From assembly GCF_964194025.1 (NCBI RefSeq), contig NC_134472.1, positions 22,878,001 through 22,942,000 on the forward strand: a stretch of 64,000 bases of DNA, given 5' to 3'. Origin of the DNA: Convolutriloba macropyga (Eukaryota). The first letter of the stretch is position 1, and the number at the start of each line of letters is the position of its first letter. Shown piece by piece: positions 1 to 12,390 of the stretch. The position numbers and the translations under genes are program-made. A model generated the notes under the pieces. The model saw only the letters and a list, made by a program, of their open reading frames with translations, was not told the origin of the DNA and did no database searches.

Positions 1-1680
1 TACATGGACGTCATTCCGGACAAAAGTTTTCAAAGTCAAATTGGGACCTAATATTACAAAGCACGCTAGGTGGAAATAGGTTTCAAACAAGTAGACTAAC
101 TCGACTTTGGGATTTCTAGCTCGACATAAAGGCCCAAAACGTTTAGCATTCTTCGCGTTTCAACGAAAGAAGACAATTTGATAACTGAACTTGTCATTTG
201 CACACTAGTTTGCCTAAACACTCATTTTTTGGAAGGAGACTACCTGGGACTGCCTCATTTGTTTGGGGAGCGAGCAACAGATGGAAATAAAAACAGCGAC
301 ACTTGCAGGTGTTTGTTATATGTCTGTCGACTACAAAACTGTCACTTGATGTAAATTTTCCCTTACGGAGATAAGTTCGAACAAAAAGTTCAGTAAATTA
401 ATTAAAATTGAAGCCATTTTCAGCTGAGCAGATCAACATCATGTTCATGAGCACAGATTAACGTCTTTATTGATAGCTGTATGACGTCGGATGTTGAACT
501 TTCCTATTCCCAACTTTGAGCTCTAGTGATTGTGATTCCTCTGATTGTGATATAGATATAAGAAAGGAAAGAAAAGATAAACCATATTTATTTAGTCAGC
601 TTGAGGACAAAACCCATCATTTTTCATAATTATTTGCATTTTCAAATCAATTTTTTTAAATCAGAAATCTCATAATCCTGAAATTTAATTCTGAAATTTC
701 ATTTTGATCGGCAACCATAAGGGAAATTGTAACTGCCGAACGATCCAGAAAAGTAACGGTTTATACATAACTAAATGTGGATAGAATTGTGCGATGTCTT
801 TAAAAAATAGTTAGTCGATTAATAATTAAACTGAACATGAAACGCATACTTGCAATAGTCAGTCTTACTAATTTAAAATTGCAATCATTTATATTTTTAA
901 TTGAGACCATAAGTGGGCGTATTTTATGCCCTCGTCTTACGTGACATATAAAGAAGAGCTATGAAATGTTGCTGAGATTTGAAGCACCGCGTTAAAGGTT
1001 AAATGGGGACATTGACAGAATAGAGGCTATCAGTTTTCTAGAATTCCCAAAAACAGTAGTTGTTTTCCTGAAAACTTTTGCAGCAATGATCACCTAGGCT
1101 ATTGTTCTTGTGTATCTCTGGTGAGAACCAATGAAACTTTCTTATTATAATTCTCATAGTCATGTTGATGTCAGATTATGAATCTGGTCCCATTTCGTTT
1201 CATGTCATGATTACTGAGTGTTCACAGCAATTTTCTAGCTAAACGTTTTGAAAATTCATATTGAAATAATTCATGATTGAAGATGATTTGTCATGGATTG
1301 AGTAACGTACTCTAAAGAACTTCAATTTTCTTAGATTTTTGATCATTTCTCAAGTGGTTCTAATGCGAACTATATTTGACGGCAATCATGATACAAATGG
1401 ACAGAGAATTATTAGGAAACATAGTTGACTCAGAAACTTCTTCGCTGTTTCAGGTGATGCTGCCCTTAATCATATCCTACTTTGCAGAAGTGAACATAGT
1501 GACGAGTAAAAAGCTGTACGTTGCCTACGAGGAAGGCTATTTCTTCCCTCAAAACTCAACTGCTAATCCGCAGCCAAGGAATTTTGGGGAAATCCATGAT
1601 GGAAGATTTGGTGAGTGTTTGCATTTGAGTAATGTAATCTTGTGCAACTGCAGCTAAACTGAAATACGAATTACTTGATT
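1..1680 (+). repeat. Diverged copy of 29201-30820 (TXNDC11 intron 1 plus exon 2)
   Basis: Colinear similarity with substitutions and indels in the intron; the exon is almost identical. Confidence 0.93.
1454..1610 (+). CDS. TXNDC11: Second copy of TXNDC11 exon 2 (allelic or paralogous)
   Basis: Same splice sites and peptide as 30594-30750 except N vs D. Confidence 0.65.
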
Positions 1681-3235
1681 AATAGCCGCACAGCGATAGC
1701 TGGGGCTATTATTGGCCTTCTCTTGGCTTTTTTACGACTCGGAGAGGAGTATTGATATTCTACAGGTTTTTACGACTCGAAGAGGAGTATTGATATTCTA
1801 CAGGTTTTTTTTACAATTCAAAGAATTTGAATTGTATTGGGGCGCTGTCTTTTTTACGACTCGAAGAGGAGTATTGGAGAAGTCCTTTTTTTAAATCAAT
1901 TTTATTGGAGTGAATTTTGAAGCGGGAAATGAAACGCGTGAAAAAATTTGGAGTGATTTTGTTGCTGAACAAAAATGAAAAGCGGAGCGAAAAGAGAGTG
2001 GTTTTTGTTCATACCGCTGTTTTTGAGAGAGAGCGAAAAATTGATGTGCGAAAAAATTTTGTCTAAGCGAGCGAATTTTTTTGTTCACGTGCGGCTTTTT
2101 GAAAGCAGTTTTTTGCAGCTTTTGATGGTTATGAGGTCTGATTATGATATTGTATTAGTTTTAGGCTTGTTTTGATAGGAATTGAAGGTTTCAACCAGTT
2201 AATTTAGGTTTGATGCTAATTTGGAGGTTTTTGATCAGTTTTTGCTGATTTTTGGACGAAATTTAATCATTTTTTGCCTGTTTTTTTGTTTCAATGCTTA
2301 AAGTGGGATTTCTTTAGAAGATTGTTACTTAAGGAGTATTCAGATACCAATTGACTAAAGCTTTCTTGGTATAAATCACTTTTTTATTTGGAAAAATGAC
2401 AGAAAAATTGAGAAATTTTTTACCATTTTTCATATTTTTTTTTTGAGTTTTCCTTTTTTTTAATCTTAGACAAGTTTCTTAGCCTATTATGACTTGCTCA
2501 TTGTTTTGCGAGCTTTTCATTGCTCTAATTGCAAAGGAATTTTGTTTCCTTGTACTATTAAGGAAAAACTCAATTTAAAAAAAGTTAAGGTTTTCTAGTT
2601 TTTTTTGTTCAATTTGTTTATGAATGCCGTTTCTATTCTTTCTGAAATGTTTTATGGCATTTTTGCAGGGTCAGGGTTCACAATTGTTGTTCTAATTGTT
2701 TAGTAATAAGTATGGGCAATTTTCTCCTTCGAGTCGTTTCCGGAATTCTTCCGGCTATGTTTTTAAGATCTGTTCACACATTTTCATGATTTTTGATGTC
2801 AAATTGGAGTAGTGATTTTGGTCACGCCGAAACAGGAAGTGGAGCAAAAAAGCGAGTGGTTTTGCGGCATGATTTGTTTCACTCCAAATTTGAAGTAGTG
2901 AGAAAACGGTGTTTGAACAAAAATTCGCTTTCTCGCTAATGGTTTTTTGTTCACATGCGGCAATTTGACATTGATTTTTACTGTTTTTTTTTGTTTTGGT
3001 TCGGATTTTTTTCTAAATGGTTTTTCCAATCCATTCATCGTCCGTTCTAGGTGTATTTTTCTATTTAGTCAATGGAAATTCTTTGAATTGTACGTCAGGA
3101 CTTGTGCTGCTATGTTTTTTTTTTTTTGCAGAATGCAAGTTTGTTCATGACTTGAATTTTGACTTCTTTCTATTCGAGTTTTTACCTCCGTTTTTGATTG
3201 TTGACTTCTGTTTTCGAACATTGGACTTTAACAAT

Positions 3236-3435
3236 NNNNNNNNNNNNNNNNNNNNNNNNNNNNNNNNNNNNNNNNNNNNNNNNNNNNNNNNNNNNNNNNN
3301 NNNNNNNNNNNNNNNNNNNNNNNNNNNNNNNNNNNNNNNNNNNNNNNNNNNNNNNNNNNNNNNNNNNNNNNNNNNNNNNNNNNNNNNNNNNNNNNNNNNN
3401 NNNNNNNNNNNNNNNNNNNNNNNNNNNNNNNNNNN
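3236..3435. other. Assembly gap (200 N)
   Basis: Run of N. Confidence 1.
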
Positions 3436-4395
3436 CTTCCCAGAGTATGTGCTCTTGGACGTTTTTTCCCGCTAGCGTAAAGTTTCTTATGCTGCGTAGT
3501 TGATATGTTGTAGAGTTTGATTATTATCTATTGTTCGTGAAAAACCTAACAGTTAGTTTTTTAAATTTTTCTCTAACGAAGTGAAGCAATTAGTGTATTC
3601 GTTTGTCTTGCTTGATAGTTTTAATTTGTTGAGTCAATGTTAGACAGCTGAACTCAAGTGGCTGTTAAATATCGTTGAAATTTAACTTCAAAGAACTACC
3701 TGCGTGTTTTTTAAAGAAGGAACGTTGTTTGAGCACTTCGATATGTCCAGCAGCTCATCTTTTCCAATTTCCACCCCTTCTTTCTAAGCTTACTGAGGCT
3801 AAATAATTCAACTGAGTCATTTGCTGCAGCCTGCCGGTTATGCTCAAACGAATATTATTGAACGCATGCAAACGTTTTGGGAGTTTAATATGAAACATCA
3901 TGTGGTGTCAAATTCAGATGGAACATTCTGTGTGCTGCAGAGAATCACGTGCAGCTGCTTGCCTTTCGTCCATTTTAAAAAAAATTGTGGGAATTTACCT
4001 AATTATACATAGAAGACTTTCGAAAAAACTTAACGTTTGATGTGTTTGATTGAGGCTGTTCGTAATTGGTGCTAAAACTGATGAATTGTAATAATTACTT
4101 GCTTGCTCTGTCTGCGTTTTAGTCGCTGACATTGACGTAGCTAAAATATGAGAGCAGTTTATAAGCCAAACTTTGTTTTGTAACAGAACGCGAACCGGTT
4201 TCTATTGTTCGGTTATAAAAACTAGTTAGTCGACCTAGTTAGAGTACCTAACCAGAACTTAAAGAAAAAGATTAACTTCAACTGTTGCAAAAATGGATTA
4301 CTTAAGGTCTCAGCAGAATGTCAGATTTCATTCTGTGGGCCTCTTTATCGTCAAGCTATATTATTCTGTTTTTGATTCCGTTAATTTACCAACTC

Positions 4396-4885
4396 ATGGC
4401 CAAGATATCTGCCTTTGTTGTTGCAATCGCGACTTTCTGTGCAAGTCTTTTTCAATGTGTTCCTGTGAAAAGAGACTTGTCAGAAGTTAAAACCAATTCT
4501 GATAATTTGAAAACGGGCTTAAATCTGGGAGGATTGTACAGATCGATTTGCGAGCTCAATGTCACCAAAGAATGCACGCTGGATGATTCGTGTAAAGATG
4601 CAGAGCAGAGAAAAACGCAAAATACTGGCGACTTCAAGTGGATTTTGGAGTCATTTGACCTCTGCAATCTAGCCCAGCTTGTCACTGGATACGCTGAACT
4701 TGCCTCGGTGAAAAGGACGCAGCTTGAGAAGTTCATCAAGAACCAACAGAACGTGGCGTCATGGATGAGCTATCATCACGGACTGCCAAAATTCTGCAGA
4801 GTTGCAAAGACTTTCAGAGGAAATTCGACAGCTAGCAGTTTGAAGTTTTGTGACGTCAGGAAAATCTTCTGTTCACGACTGGCAA
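4396..4885 (+). CDS. Host gene exon: Cys-containing secreted protein of unknown family
   Basis: Signal-peptide-like MAKISAFVVAIATFCASLFQC, long open frame, GTAAGT donor at 4886 (phase 1). Confidence 0.7.
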
Positions 4886-5182
4886 GTAAGTTCATTAGTT
4901 AGCGTAACCCATGAAACCATTACTACATAAGGCTAATGACATTAGTTTCTTATAACGGTTAACTCTCCGGATGTTTGTTTAGATTTTAAATCAACTTTTG
5001 TAAAAACGTGAATTTTGCAATATAATTCAAAGCAAATTATGGTGCTATCATTGATAGTAACTACGTGGACGTCAAATAACGATGCGTCGAAAGTCTTCGA
5101 AATTAAGCTAGCATAGAAAAATTTGCAAGTATTAGTTGTCCCAGACAGATACTTTACCCAAGCAAAAAGCATCAGGGTTAAA

Positions 5183-5579
5183 AATTATGGATCATTTCAA
5201 CAATTGCCCCCCTTTGCAAAAGGGGTGGCTATCTTGAATAGAATTTAAGCGAGCAATTTATTAACCAATCAGAGACGACTAATAACTTTAATAATAATAC
5301 ACATACTATGTTAAATTGAATAGAATAAAATACGCCATGGTATAGCAACTAGCCAAACCGGAATACAAAGCGAAAAGAATTTCCCCCTGGCGGGTCGGTG
5401 GACGCGCGTCGATCCCACAGCGCATGAGAGGCATGGCCATGAACAGCGGTCCGCAATTATTCGGCTATCTAAACTGTAGGCCAAGTAATATCGTCGTAAA
5501 GTATAGCACAGAACCGGTGGTGATTCTCTACTAGGTACCAAGGGGGGGGGGGGGGCAATTGTTAAAAAGATCCATAATT
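5183..5579. mobile_element. MITE with ~30-bp TIRs
   Basis: AATTATGGATC.TTT.AACAATTGCCCCCC and its reverse complement at the two ends. Confidence 0.8.
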
Positions 5580-8500
5580 ACGCACAGTAGATGTTTATTT
5601 CGTTCATGTGCAATCGTCTGATAGTTGAATGAAGCCATATGATCTGCGCGTTTCAGCCAAATGTAGGAAAAAATACACCTACTGAAGAACTCTACAAAAT
5701 AGTTTTCGGCTTAGTTTACATCGGTTTGGTTTGCAGCTTAGTTGTGAGTGATCATATTTCATGCATAAATTTGTATTGTTTCAGGTGTTAGACTAGCGTG
5801 AAGAGAAGAGTTAGAATTAACTTCGAAAGCAAACATCGGAGATTCTGATTCACTTGAGAAATTGTAAATATTCTTAATTGCTCTCAAGCTCTTCGGACTA
5901 TTCAACGTAAAAACCAATATCCTTTTTATTGGGTGTTAAGGTATTGAGGATTTTGGCTTTGGATAAAGCGCAGTGTGGACAAACTATCGGCGTCAGTTAA
6001 CTGGAGTTAACTCTCTCAATTAGAAGTTTTAATGAAGTGAAACTTTAATTGTTATATTAATCAATCAGAATCAAATCATTGATAGATAAGAGCCGAAATG
6101 ACTTAATCCCTAGTTTTTTTTTAAAAAATGGAGATGTTATTTTGAAACGAGCACGAGGCATTGCTTGAGAGTAGTCCTGATGTTGCTCGGCTATCTTTAA
6201 TTTGTACAATTGTAAAAATAGAGTTGTAATTTGTATTTTATTTGTTCAATATGAAAGTGCTGATGTTGATAAAATGCTTTTTAAAAATTTTTGAATACAT
6301 GCCGTGTTGAAATTATTGTAAAAGATTTGAAATAATCGTAAAATAATGGTAGATTTGAAATAATCGTAGATTTGAAATAATTGTAAAATAGGACGAACAA
6401 TTTTAGTTAATTAAACTGCGTTCTGTGGACCTCCCGTGTTTGTCAATAAAAATGTTTAACGTTGCAAGCTGAGATTTTTGCAGTTCAACCAATCGCAATC
6501 TTTTTGAATTGTTATCAGGAACACAGCAGATTGTGAGATTCTGAGCGAATAAATATTGAGAGAATAAAAGGTTAGTTGGGGCCTTGGAGTTCCTGAGCCC
6601 AAGAAATAAATCTTGATTTGAAATAACAAACTGATAGTTGAGTGTTTAGTGCTTGTGTCTCCTACTCCGGTGGGGGCGGCTTCGAACCCTTCTTTTTTTG
6701 CACCCTTAAAGTAATAATCTAGTCTCAATTTGAGATGAATTTTACTTGTCTTGTTCTTCTTATGCCTTTTCAGCGAACCACTTTAACAGGAAGGTTAATC
6801 GACTTTCTAGCAAGGTGCAAGTTTATTTATTGAATGTGTGTCAATATCTAGCAAACGCTTTCAGAGTTTGCAGACTTTATTTTAATAATTTTTTAGGGCG
6901 TTGCTGAATATTTTCCCTTGCATATATTTTTCTTTTGCTCTTTATTTAGTTACCGATTCGCGTAAACGTGAGGTGTAATTAGCTTGCAACGGGACAAAAT
7001 TGATTAAATTTTTTAATTGATTTAAGTTGATTAAAATTGTTTAATGGTTGTCATGACTCTCACATTTGTTACCTTAAAATTGTAGTGGACGCTTGAAGTT
7101 TGTCACTTTCTTGTTGTTTGCTGTTTTTTTCTACTAGTGATATTATTGACAGGGATTTTGTTTTGATCGATGTTTCAGTTTGCTCATTGAATTATTTTAA
7201 ATAAAGACTTTTCATCTTAAAGGATAATAAGGTTTAATTATTAAATGTTCCCACCGTTCGTGAGCTGAAACTAATCAGTACGAACTAGTAGTTTTCATTT
7301 GGTGCATGAACAACGTCTGTGCTCCGCGATCATTCAGGCGAAGAAAATATGAAGATAGGCAAAGGTCTGAGCCTGGAAATGACGTTCGATCAACTTGAGC
7401 AAATTGATGGATTTATCGTTTTTTCATTGAATTTGTTAACGAAGAAAATTAAAACGAATATGAAACTAAGCAGCTAAGTAGAATCGCTATCGGGGAATTA
7501 AACGGCAAATGTTAAGCCATACAATGTTTTTCCGAGATGATTAGTTCCTACAAATAGCATAGAAATCGACTTTCAAGGTTTTTTCTTGAATCAATGGCTT
7601 TTGTGAACGAAGAGTGAAAAATACATGTTGTGAAAATTACTGAGCTTGAGACTCATGTCTATTTTACATTTGACGCAATAAAATTGGTTTTGGTTGTTTT
7701 GGAAATTTTGGCTTTTCGTCCTCAGAAACGGGATAAACAAGTAATGCGCGGAGGGCGTTAAGTTCTCTTAGCGGCTTTCGGCTGACTAGGCTCTTAATTA
7801 TTCGATTTGCCGAAACTGTTTTGGAGACCTAAAATTATTGGGGGGAAGAGCGATTCTCATTCTTGAAATTTGACCTCCTTCAGTCAACAGCCCCCCCCCC
7901 GTCGACTCGCCCCATCGCTGCCCACAGTCCGCTTATCCCCCGCATGTAGCATCTGCAAGCCCCCAGATGGGTACTACAGAATACAACCGCTCGCCGGTTA
8001 TTTGAGAGCAATTCTCTCGACATTAGTCGGTTATCTTTTTTAAGACAGAAAGCCGATTATATATTGAAAGTATTTTTTTTAATTTGGCCCGTCAATGATT
8101 TCATCTTGTCTTTGCTCTGCAAATGTTGCAGCAACTTAGAAGTGAATCTAGTTTCACTTTTTTCTTTAATTCCTGTCTTGCGCTCTTATTGACAATATTG
8201 GAAATTTCTATGTCACGCACAGACTCGCACCAGCTGTTCTGAGTCTATTTCTTTTATGTGGCTAAGTAGTCATGCTAACAAAAAATAAGGTAAACTATTG
8301 ATGGTGAGCTAAAATGTGCCGTTTTCTCTGTTGTTTGAAAACTAAGTGTCTGAAAAACGTTGAGCATTACAGAATTCCGATAGACGCTGATTTTTTTTAA
8401 TAATGAAGAAATTGTTTGACATTATCTGGCTGAGTTCATGTACAGGAGAATGAGTTTACTGTACTTCAACAAACTGTTAAAATTTTTCAAATTGGGATTT

Positions 8501-9540
8501 AAATTTACTGAATTGAAATGGTTCATGTGAAATAAAATTGCGAAATTGTAAAGTTCTGTTATTTTGATGAAGGAATACTTCGACCTCGAATATGTGAAGG
8601 GATCTATCAGGCATGCAAAGTCAGGCTAAGATTATTCAAGAAACTTGCTACCAACAGTATCAGACAGTGGTACTCCTATATCAAAAATGATCATTGAAGT
8701 TTTAAAAAACGGAAACGGTATTTATATTTTACTCGTTTAAAGTTTACGGCCTTTTTTATTTTATAATTTTTTTCAATTTGTACTTTCCAAAAGAAATTGT
8801 CCGAGTGTTAAAGAATGCCTGCCTTTCCAATGATATTCAGCGGCAATTTCTTGCCAATGATTTTTATTGCCAAATGAGAATCGGAATAACTGTGTCCTAC
8901 TTAATGCAGTGAATTAGTTTTCATTGTTTTTGATGATTTATTTACCCGATAATTTTACTGGAATAATATATCAATGTTATAAGGTATTGTTTATGTAATG
9001 AAATTGTTTTGAGTGGTTTAACTCTTCGTCAAGAAAATGGGATAAACAAATGTAGCCAGTTTTTTCAATGCCTCCCCCAATTTGATATTGATAAAATTAT
9101 TCTCGCTACTCGAAAGCTGACTTTTATTAACCTTCTAGAGTTGTTGGATAGCTGCTTGTCCGGGGTTATTCTATCATTTTTTCTCTGTGATTGGTTTTCT
9201 TGTTCACTGCTTCCTGGTTTTCGTACTCTGGTTTCACTTTTTTTGCTCTTTAGAATGCAAGCAATAGTGATCCTCTTCAGCGACAGAAGTTGTCCTTTAG
9301 CTGCTCTGTGTGCTTCTTATAATGTTAATTTACGCCTGATCGCTTTTACGTCCTAGACGTTTTGAGTTTTGCGTGATCTACTTTATTCTCCCATTCAATA
9401 CTCTAAGCAGGTTCACTCAATTGGTTCACTTCACTACTGGAATTCAAATTAGAAGGGCATTGAAATTCGCTCCTTTTCAAAATTTGTCTGTAGTAGCCTG
9501 CAATAAGATCGTTTGGATCACCTTTCTGAACTTATTTCAG

Positions 9541-9658
9541 CCCCCCCCCCCCCACCACCACCACCACCACCACTCAAGCAGACTGCGATAGAATCTAGAC
9601 TCGCGCAAGTCCATCAAATGCAACTCGTGTGGTCTTACGCTCTTGTACAAAGGTGTTT
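9541..9658 (+). repeat. Left copy of the ~120-bp direct repeat flanking the Polinton
   Basis: C13-(ACC)n-ACTCAAGCAGACTGCG...AAAGGTGTTT recurs at 23867-23990. Confidence 0.95.
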
Positions 9659-9695
9659 AGTAGTAATAGTTAAGCAAGAGTGGGGGGGGGGGTAA
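9541..9695 (+). CDS. Putative last exon of the secreted-protein gene, interrupted by the Polinton
   Basis: TTATTTCAG acceptor at 9540, phase 1, compatible with the 4885 donor. Encodes poly-Pro-LKQTAIESRLAQVHQMQLVWSYALVQRC; the presumed original ending LKQLS* lies at 23989-24006. Confidence 0.5.
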
Positions 9696-9770
9696 AAGGA
9701 AGTACCTATGTATTAGGATTAGGTATAGCCCATTTTCGCTCAAATTCCAAGGAAGTACCTCACAGCATGA
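9659..9770 (+). repeat. Left terminal inverted repeat of the Polinton
   Basis: AGTAGTAATAGTTAAGCAAGAGT-G11-TAAAAGGAAGTACCTATGTATTAG...GTACCTCACAGCATGA; the part from the G-run onward matches the reverse complement of the right end. Confidence 0.9.
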
Positions 9771-10320
9771 TACCCAAGCTGTTCACACGAGGGGGATTAG
9801 AAAGTTAATCCCTTAATATTAAATTAGGTCATTTACTCATTCCCAAATTGCACTTTAATAATGTATATTTTCAAAGACGTACCTCACAGCATGACACCCA
9901 AGCTGTTCTCTCAAAGGGGATTAGTTAGGTAATGTTTTAATATTAAATTAGATAGGGTGACTCATTTACACTACGTACGGTTTACGTGATTTCGAAAGAT
10001 GTACCTCACAGCATGATACTCAAGCTGTTCACACGAAAGGGATTAGCAAGATAATCCTTTAATAATAAATTAGGATGACTCATTTACAGTTACGTACGAC
10101 TTTTCAAAAATGTACCTCACAGCATGACACCAAGCTGTTCACACAAAGGGGGATTAGCTAGGTAATGTTTTAATATTAAAATAGATAGGATGACTCATTT
10201 ACACTTATGTACAGCTTCCGTGATTTTCAAAACTGTACCTCACAGTATGATACCCAAGCTCTTCACACTAAAGGGATTAGCACGATAGTGTCTTAACAAC
10301 AAACTAATAAGGTCATTTAC
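9750..10320 (+). repeat. Left subterminal tandem array, ~5 units of ~110-125 bp
   Basis: Core GTACCTCACAGCATGAyACCCAAGCTGTTCACAC...GGGATTAG at about 9755, 9879, 10001, 10112 and 10235. Confidence 0.93.
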
Positions 10321-10544
10321 CCACCCATTCCCATATTAACAAAAAAGTACAATTTTTTATTTTTGGTTTTTACAGATTTTTTTACAATTTTAATCAATTT
10401 TTTGTTTAAAATAGTGTTTCACTGTGTCGTTTTAAACTGAAGTTCCAATTTTCCGATTTCAGAAAAAAATGTATTATTGTTTTGAAAATGTCTATTTCTT
10501 ATTTTTTTTAGCCAATCACATAATCTGTCAGATCTGATTTTGGA

Positions 10545-11198
10545 ATGTTGATGCTGAAAAACATTTACGATTCATTTTGTCTTTTTTCTTGGTTGAACAT
10601 AAGTAGCCTAAAAAAAATGCAAAATACTCCAATTCTTCCTTTACTTCCTTCAACATCTTTTCTTTCTACTTTTCATTCAGATTTAGATTACGCTCCTATC
10701 ACGGAAGCATCAATATTTAAAACGGTAGTAACCGATAACAATTTGGAATTATCTTTTGAGGTGGATTGCACTAGAGTAACAATTAAAACTCAGACAACTA
10801 GCTTGACACTTCCGAAGGATTTGTGGAGAACTTTAGAGGCAGCTAGACATCATAACCTCCACCTAGCCGAAGAAAAAATCAACAATTCATTGCTTTCTCT
10901 CCAAACTTATTTTCAAACCATTGAAAAAATTCGAAAAGAACAAGGGTTTCACCCGTTGAAAGACAGCAAAGGAATTATGTTCCCGTACTCTCGTGACATA
11001 AATCACTACGGTGTTTGGTGGGTAGAAGACATGTTCTCCAAGCATGCTGACTCATTTTCTAAAAAACCAGAAGCCTTCAATCTGCCCGATTTCAAAGACC
11101 TTATTCTTCCTCCGATCCAGGAAACTGACAATGAAGAGACTCAATCATCTCATCAAAATATTCCTTTCTCGAACTATAAGTGTTCTCCAATAGAATAG
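10545..11198 (+). CDS. Polinton hypothetical protein (start uncertain)
   Basis: 217-aa ORF inside the element, CCAAT box at ~10512; no family recognised. Confidence 0.55.
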   Translation: MLMLKNIYDSFCLFSWLNISSLKKMQNTPILPLLPSTSFLSTFHSDLDYAPITEASIFKTVVTDNNLELSFEVDCTRVTIKTQTTSLTLPKDLWRTLEAARHHNLHLAEEKINNSLLSLQTYFQTIEKIRKEQGFHPLKDSKGIMFPYSRDINHYGVWWVEDMFSKHADSFSKKPEAFNLPDFKDLILPPIQETDNEETQSSHQNIPFSNYKCSPIE

Positions 11199-11229
11199 TG
11201 AGATAACTCGCTTTTGTTCGATGCTAAAT

Positions 11230-11490
11230 TCACCCTCACGTGACTAAATATAGAAAACTCATCTTTGGCATCACGTGATGTTACTAAAAATAGAAGTGAC
11301 ATAACTATTACGTCATGATGCACGCTCTATTTTCATTGGTTACGAATTATTTTATAACATCTCATTGGATACGAAGTTTATTTTTCGCTACTGTTCTCGT
11401 TCTTACTTAAATTTCATTGGTTCAAGATATCAACCCCTTTCTTGAAGACAATTTATTCATTTGTTTCTTTGCGATTTCAATATTCAGTTA
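11230..11490 (+). promoter_or_regulatory. Putative Polinton promoter/enhancer upstream of ORF 11553
   Basis: Two TCACGTGA E-boxes, a TTACGTCA CRE-like site, three TCATTGG (reverse CCAAT) motifs and a TCAGTT initiator-like motif at ~11484. Confidence 0.45.
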
Positions 11491-11552
11491 CCCTTGTAGA
11501 CCCAAATTTTCTGCTTTAAGAACTTTACATACTTCACATTCTCATTTCACAG

Positions 11553-12302
11553 ATGGATCAAAGCTCTGTCTCTCCTAACTCCAAAAAACCATTCTCCTTT
11601 CCCCTCCGTAAACGAGATTACAAAGGAAAACCAGTTGTTCCCTCACCACAATTGGAATACCACAATGAGAGCATGTTTTCTCTATTTAAAGACAACAACG
11701 ATAAAAAAGACAACACCGACTCAAAACCAAATGAGGAGCACGATGGAAGAAACAACTGTTGGTCCTTTCAAGAATACGGGAACCGGAAGTTTCAAATCAG
11801 CATCCCAGAGGAAACCGTCAACTCAAACTCTAACTGGACTCACTTGAAAGTATTTCGCGAAAATGTGGAAAGTGAATATGTTCTGCATCAATTTCTGATG
11901 CTATCGGCCAGAGAATTGAAGCTTGTTATTGAAAAGATACCTGAGATGATAAAAGAAGCACTACTGTTCGAACCTACTGTAGGTACTGCGAAGCTGGTGA
12001 TTGACGAAACTGTGTTCCAACCAACTGATGTTGAGGAAAAAGCAAAATTTGATGTGTTCTGGGAGGTGAGTGAGACTGCTCGACGGAAGGTGTGTGTAAC
12101 TAGAATATTTTTCCAAGATGACCCGAATCGATGTTACTTCACAATCAAGCTGTTCACACGAGGGAGTGAAAAGGACATTTTTAGAAGGAAATGCTTTCTT
12201 TCGGTCAGAATTGTTGAGATGGAGAAACTACACAGAATGATTGATGAAATTATTTCAGTGCTGAACAAAGTCAAAAATCAAAAAAGATCGCAAAGTGCAT
12301 AA
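11553..12302 (+). CDS. Polinton protein, possibly tandem PC4-like ssDNA-binding domains
   Basis: 249 aa; two similar segments with a beta-strand pattern ending in a helix (RKFQISI...FLMLSARELKLVIEKI and RKVCVTRI...FLSVRIVEMEKLHRMI), reminiscent of PC4. Confidence 0.6.
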   Translation: MDQSSVSPNSKKPFSFPLRKRDYKGKPVVPSPQLEYHNESMFSLFKDNNDKKDNTDSKPNEEHDGRNNCWSFQEYGNRKFQISIPEETVNSNSNWTHLKVFRENVESEYVLHQFLMLSARELKLVIEKIPEMIKEALLFEPTVGTAKLVIDETVFQPTDVEEKAKFDVFWEVSETARRKVCVTRIFFQDDPNRCYFTIKLFTRGSEKDIFRRKCFLSVRIVEMEKLHRMIDEIISVLNKVKNQKRSQSA

Positions 12303-12390
12303 CAGTAATTGTAAATTTTTAATATTGTATGTTGTGATGTTTGTATTTAATCACTTTTTAAAATTTAATGTTTCAATACAGTTGCTTGAT

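Noticed and set aside
9373-9440. LPFNTLSRF as the missing DAD1 upstream exon
   Set aside because: Only a weak few-residue resemblance; the flanking DAD1 sequence and suitable splice sites are absent.
9750-10320. Repeat-spacer appearance suggesting a CRISPR array (also 21210-22112)
   Set aside because: The linkers are homologous to one another and of 65-80 bp, there are no cas genes, and the context is eukaryotic; it is a Polinton subterminal tandem array.
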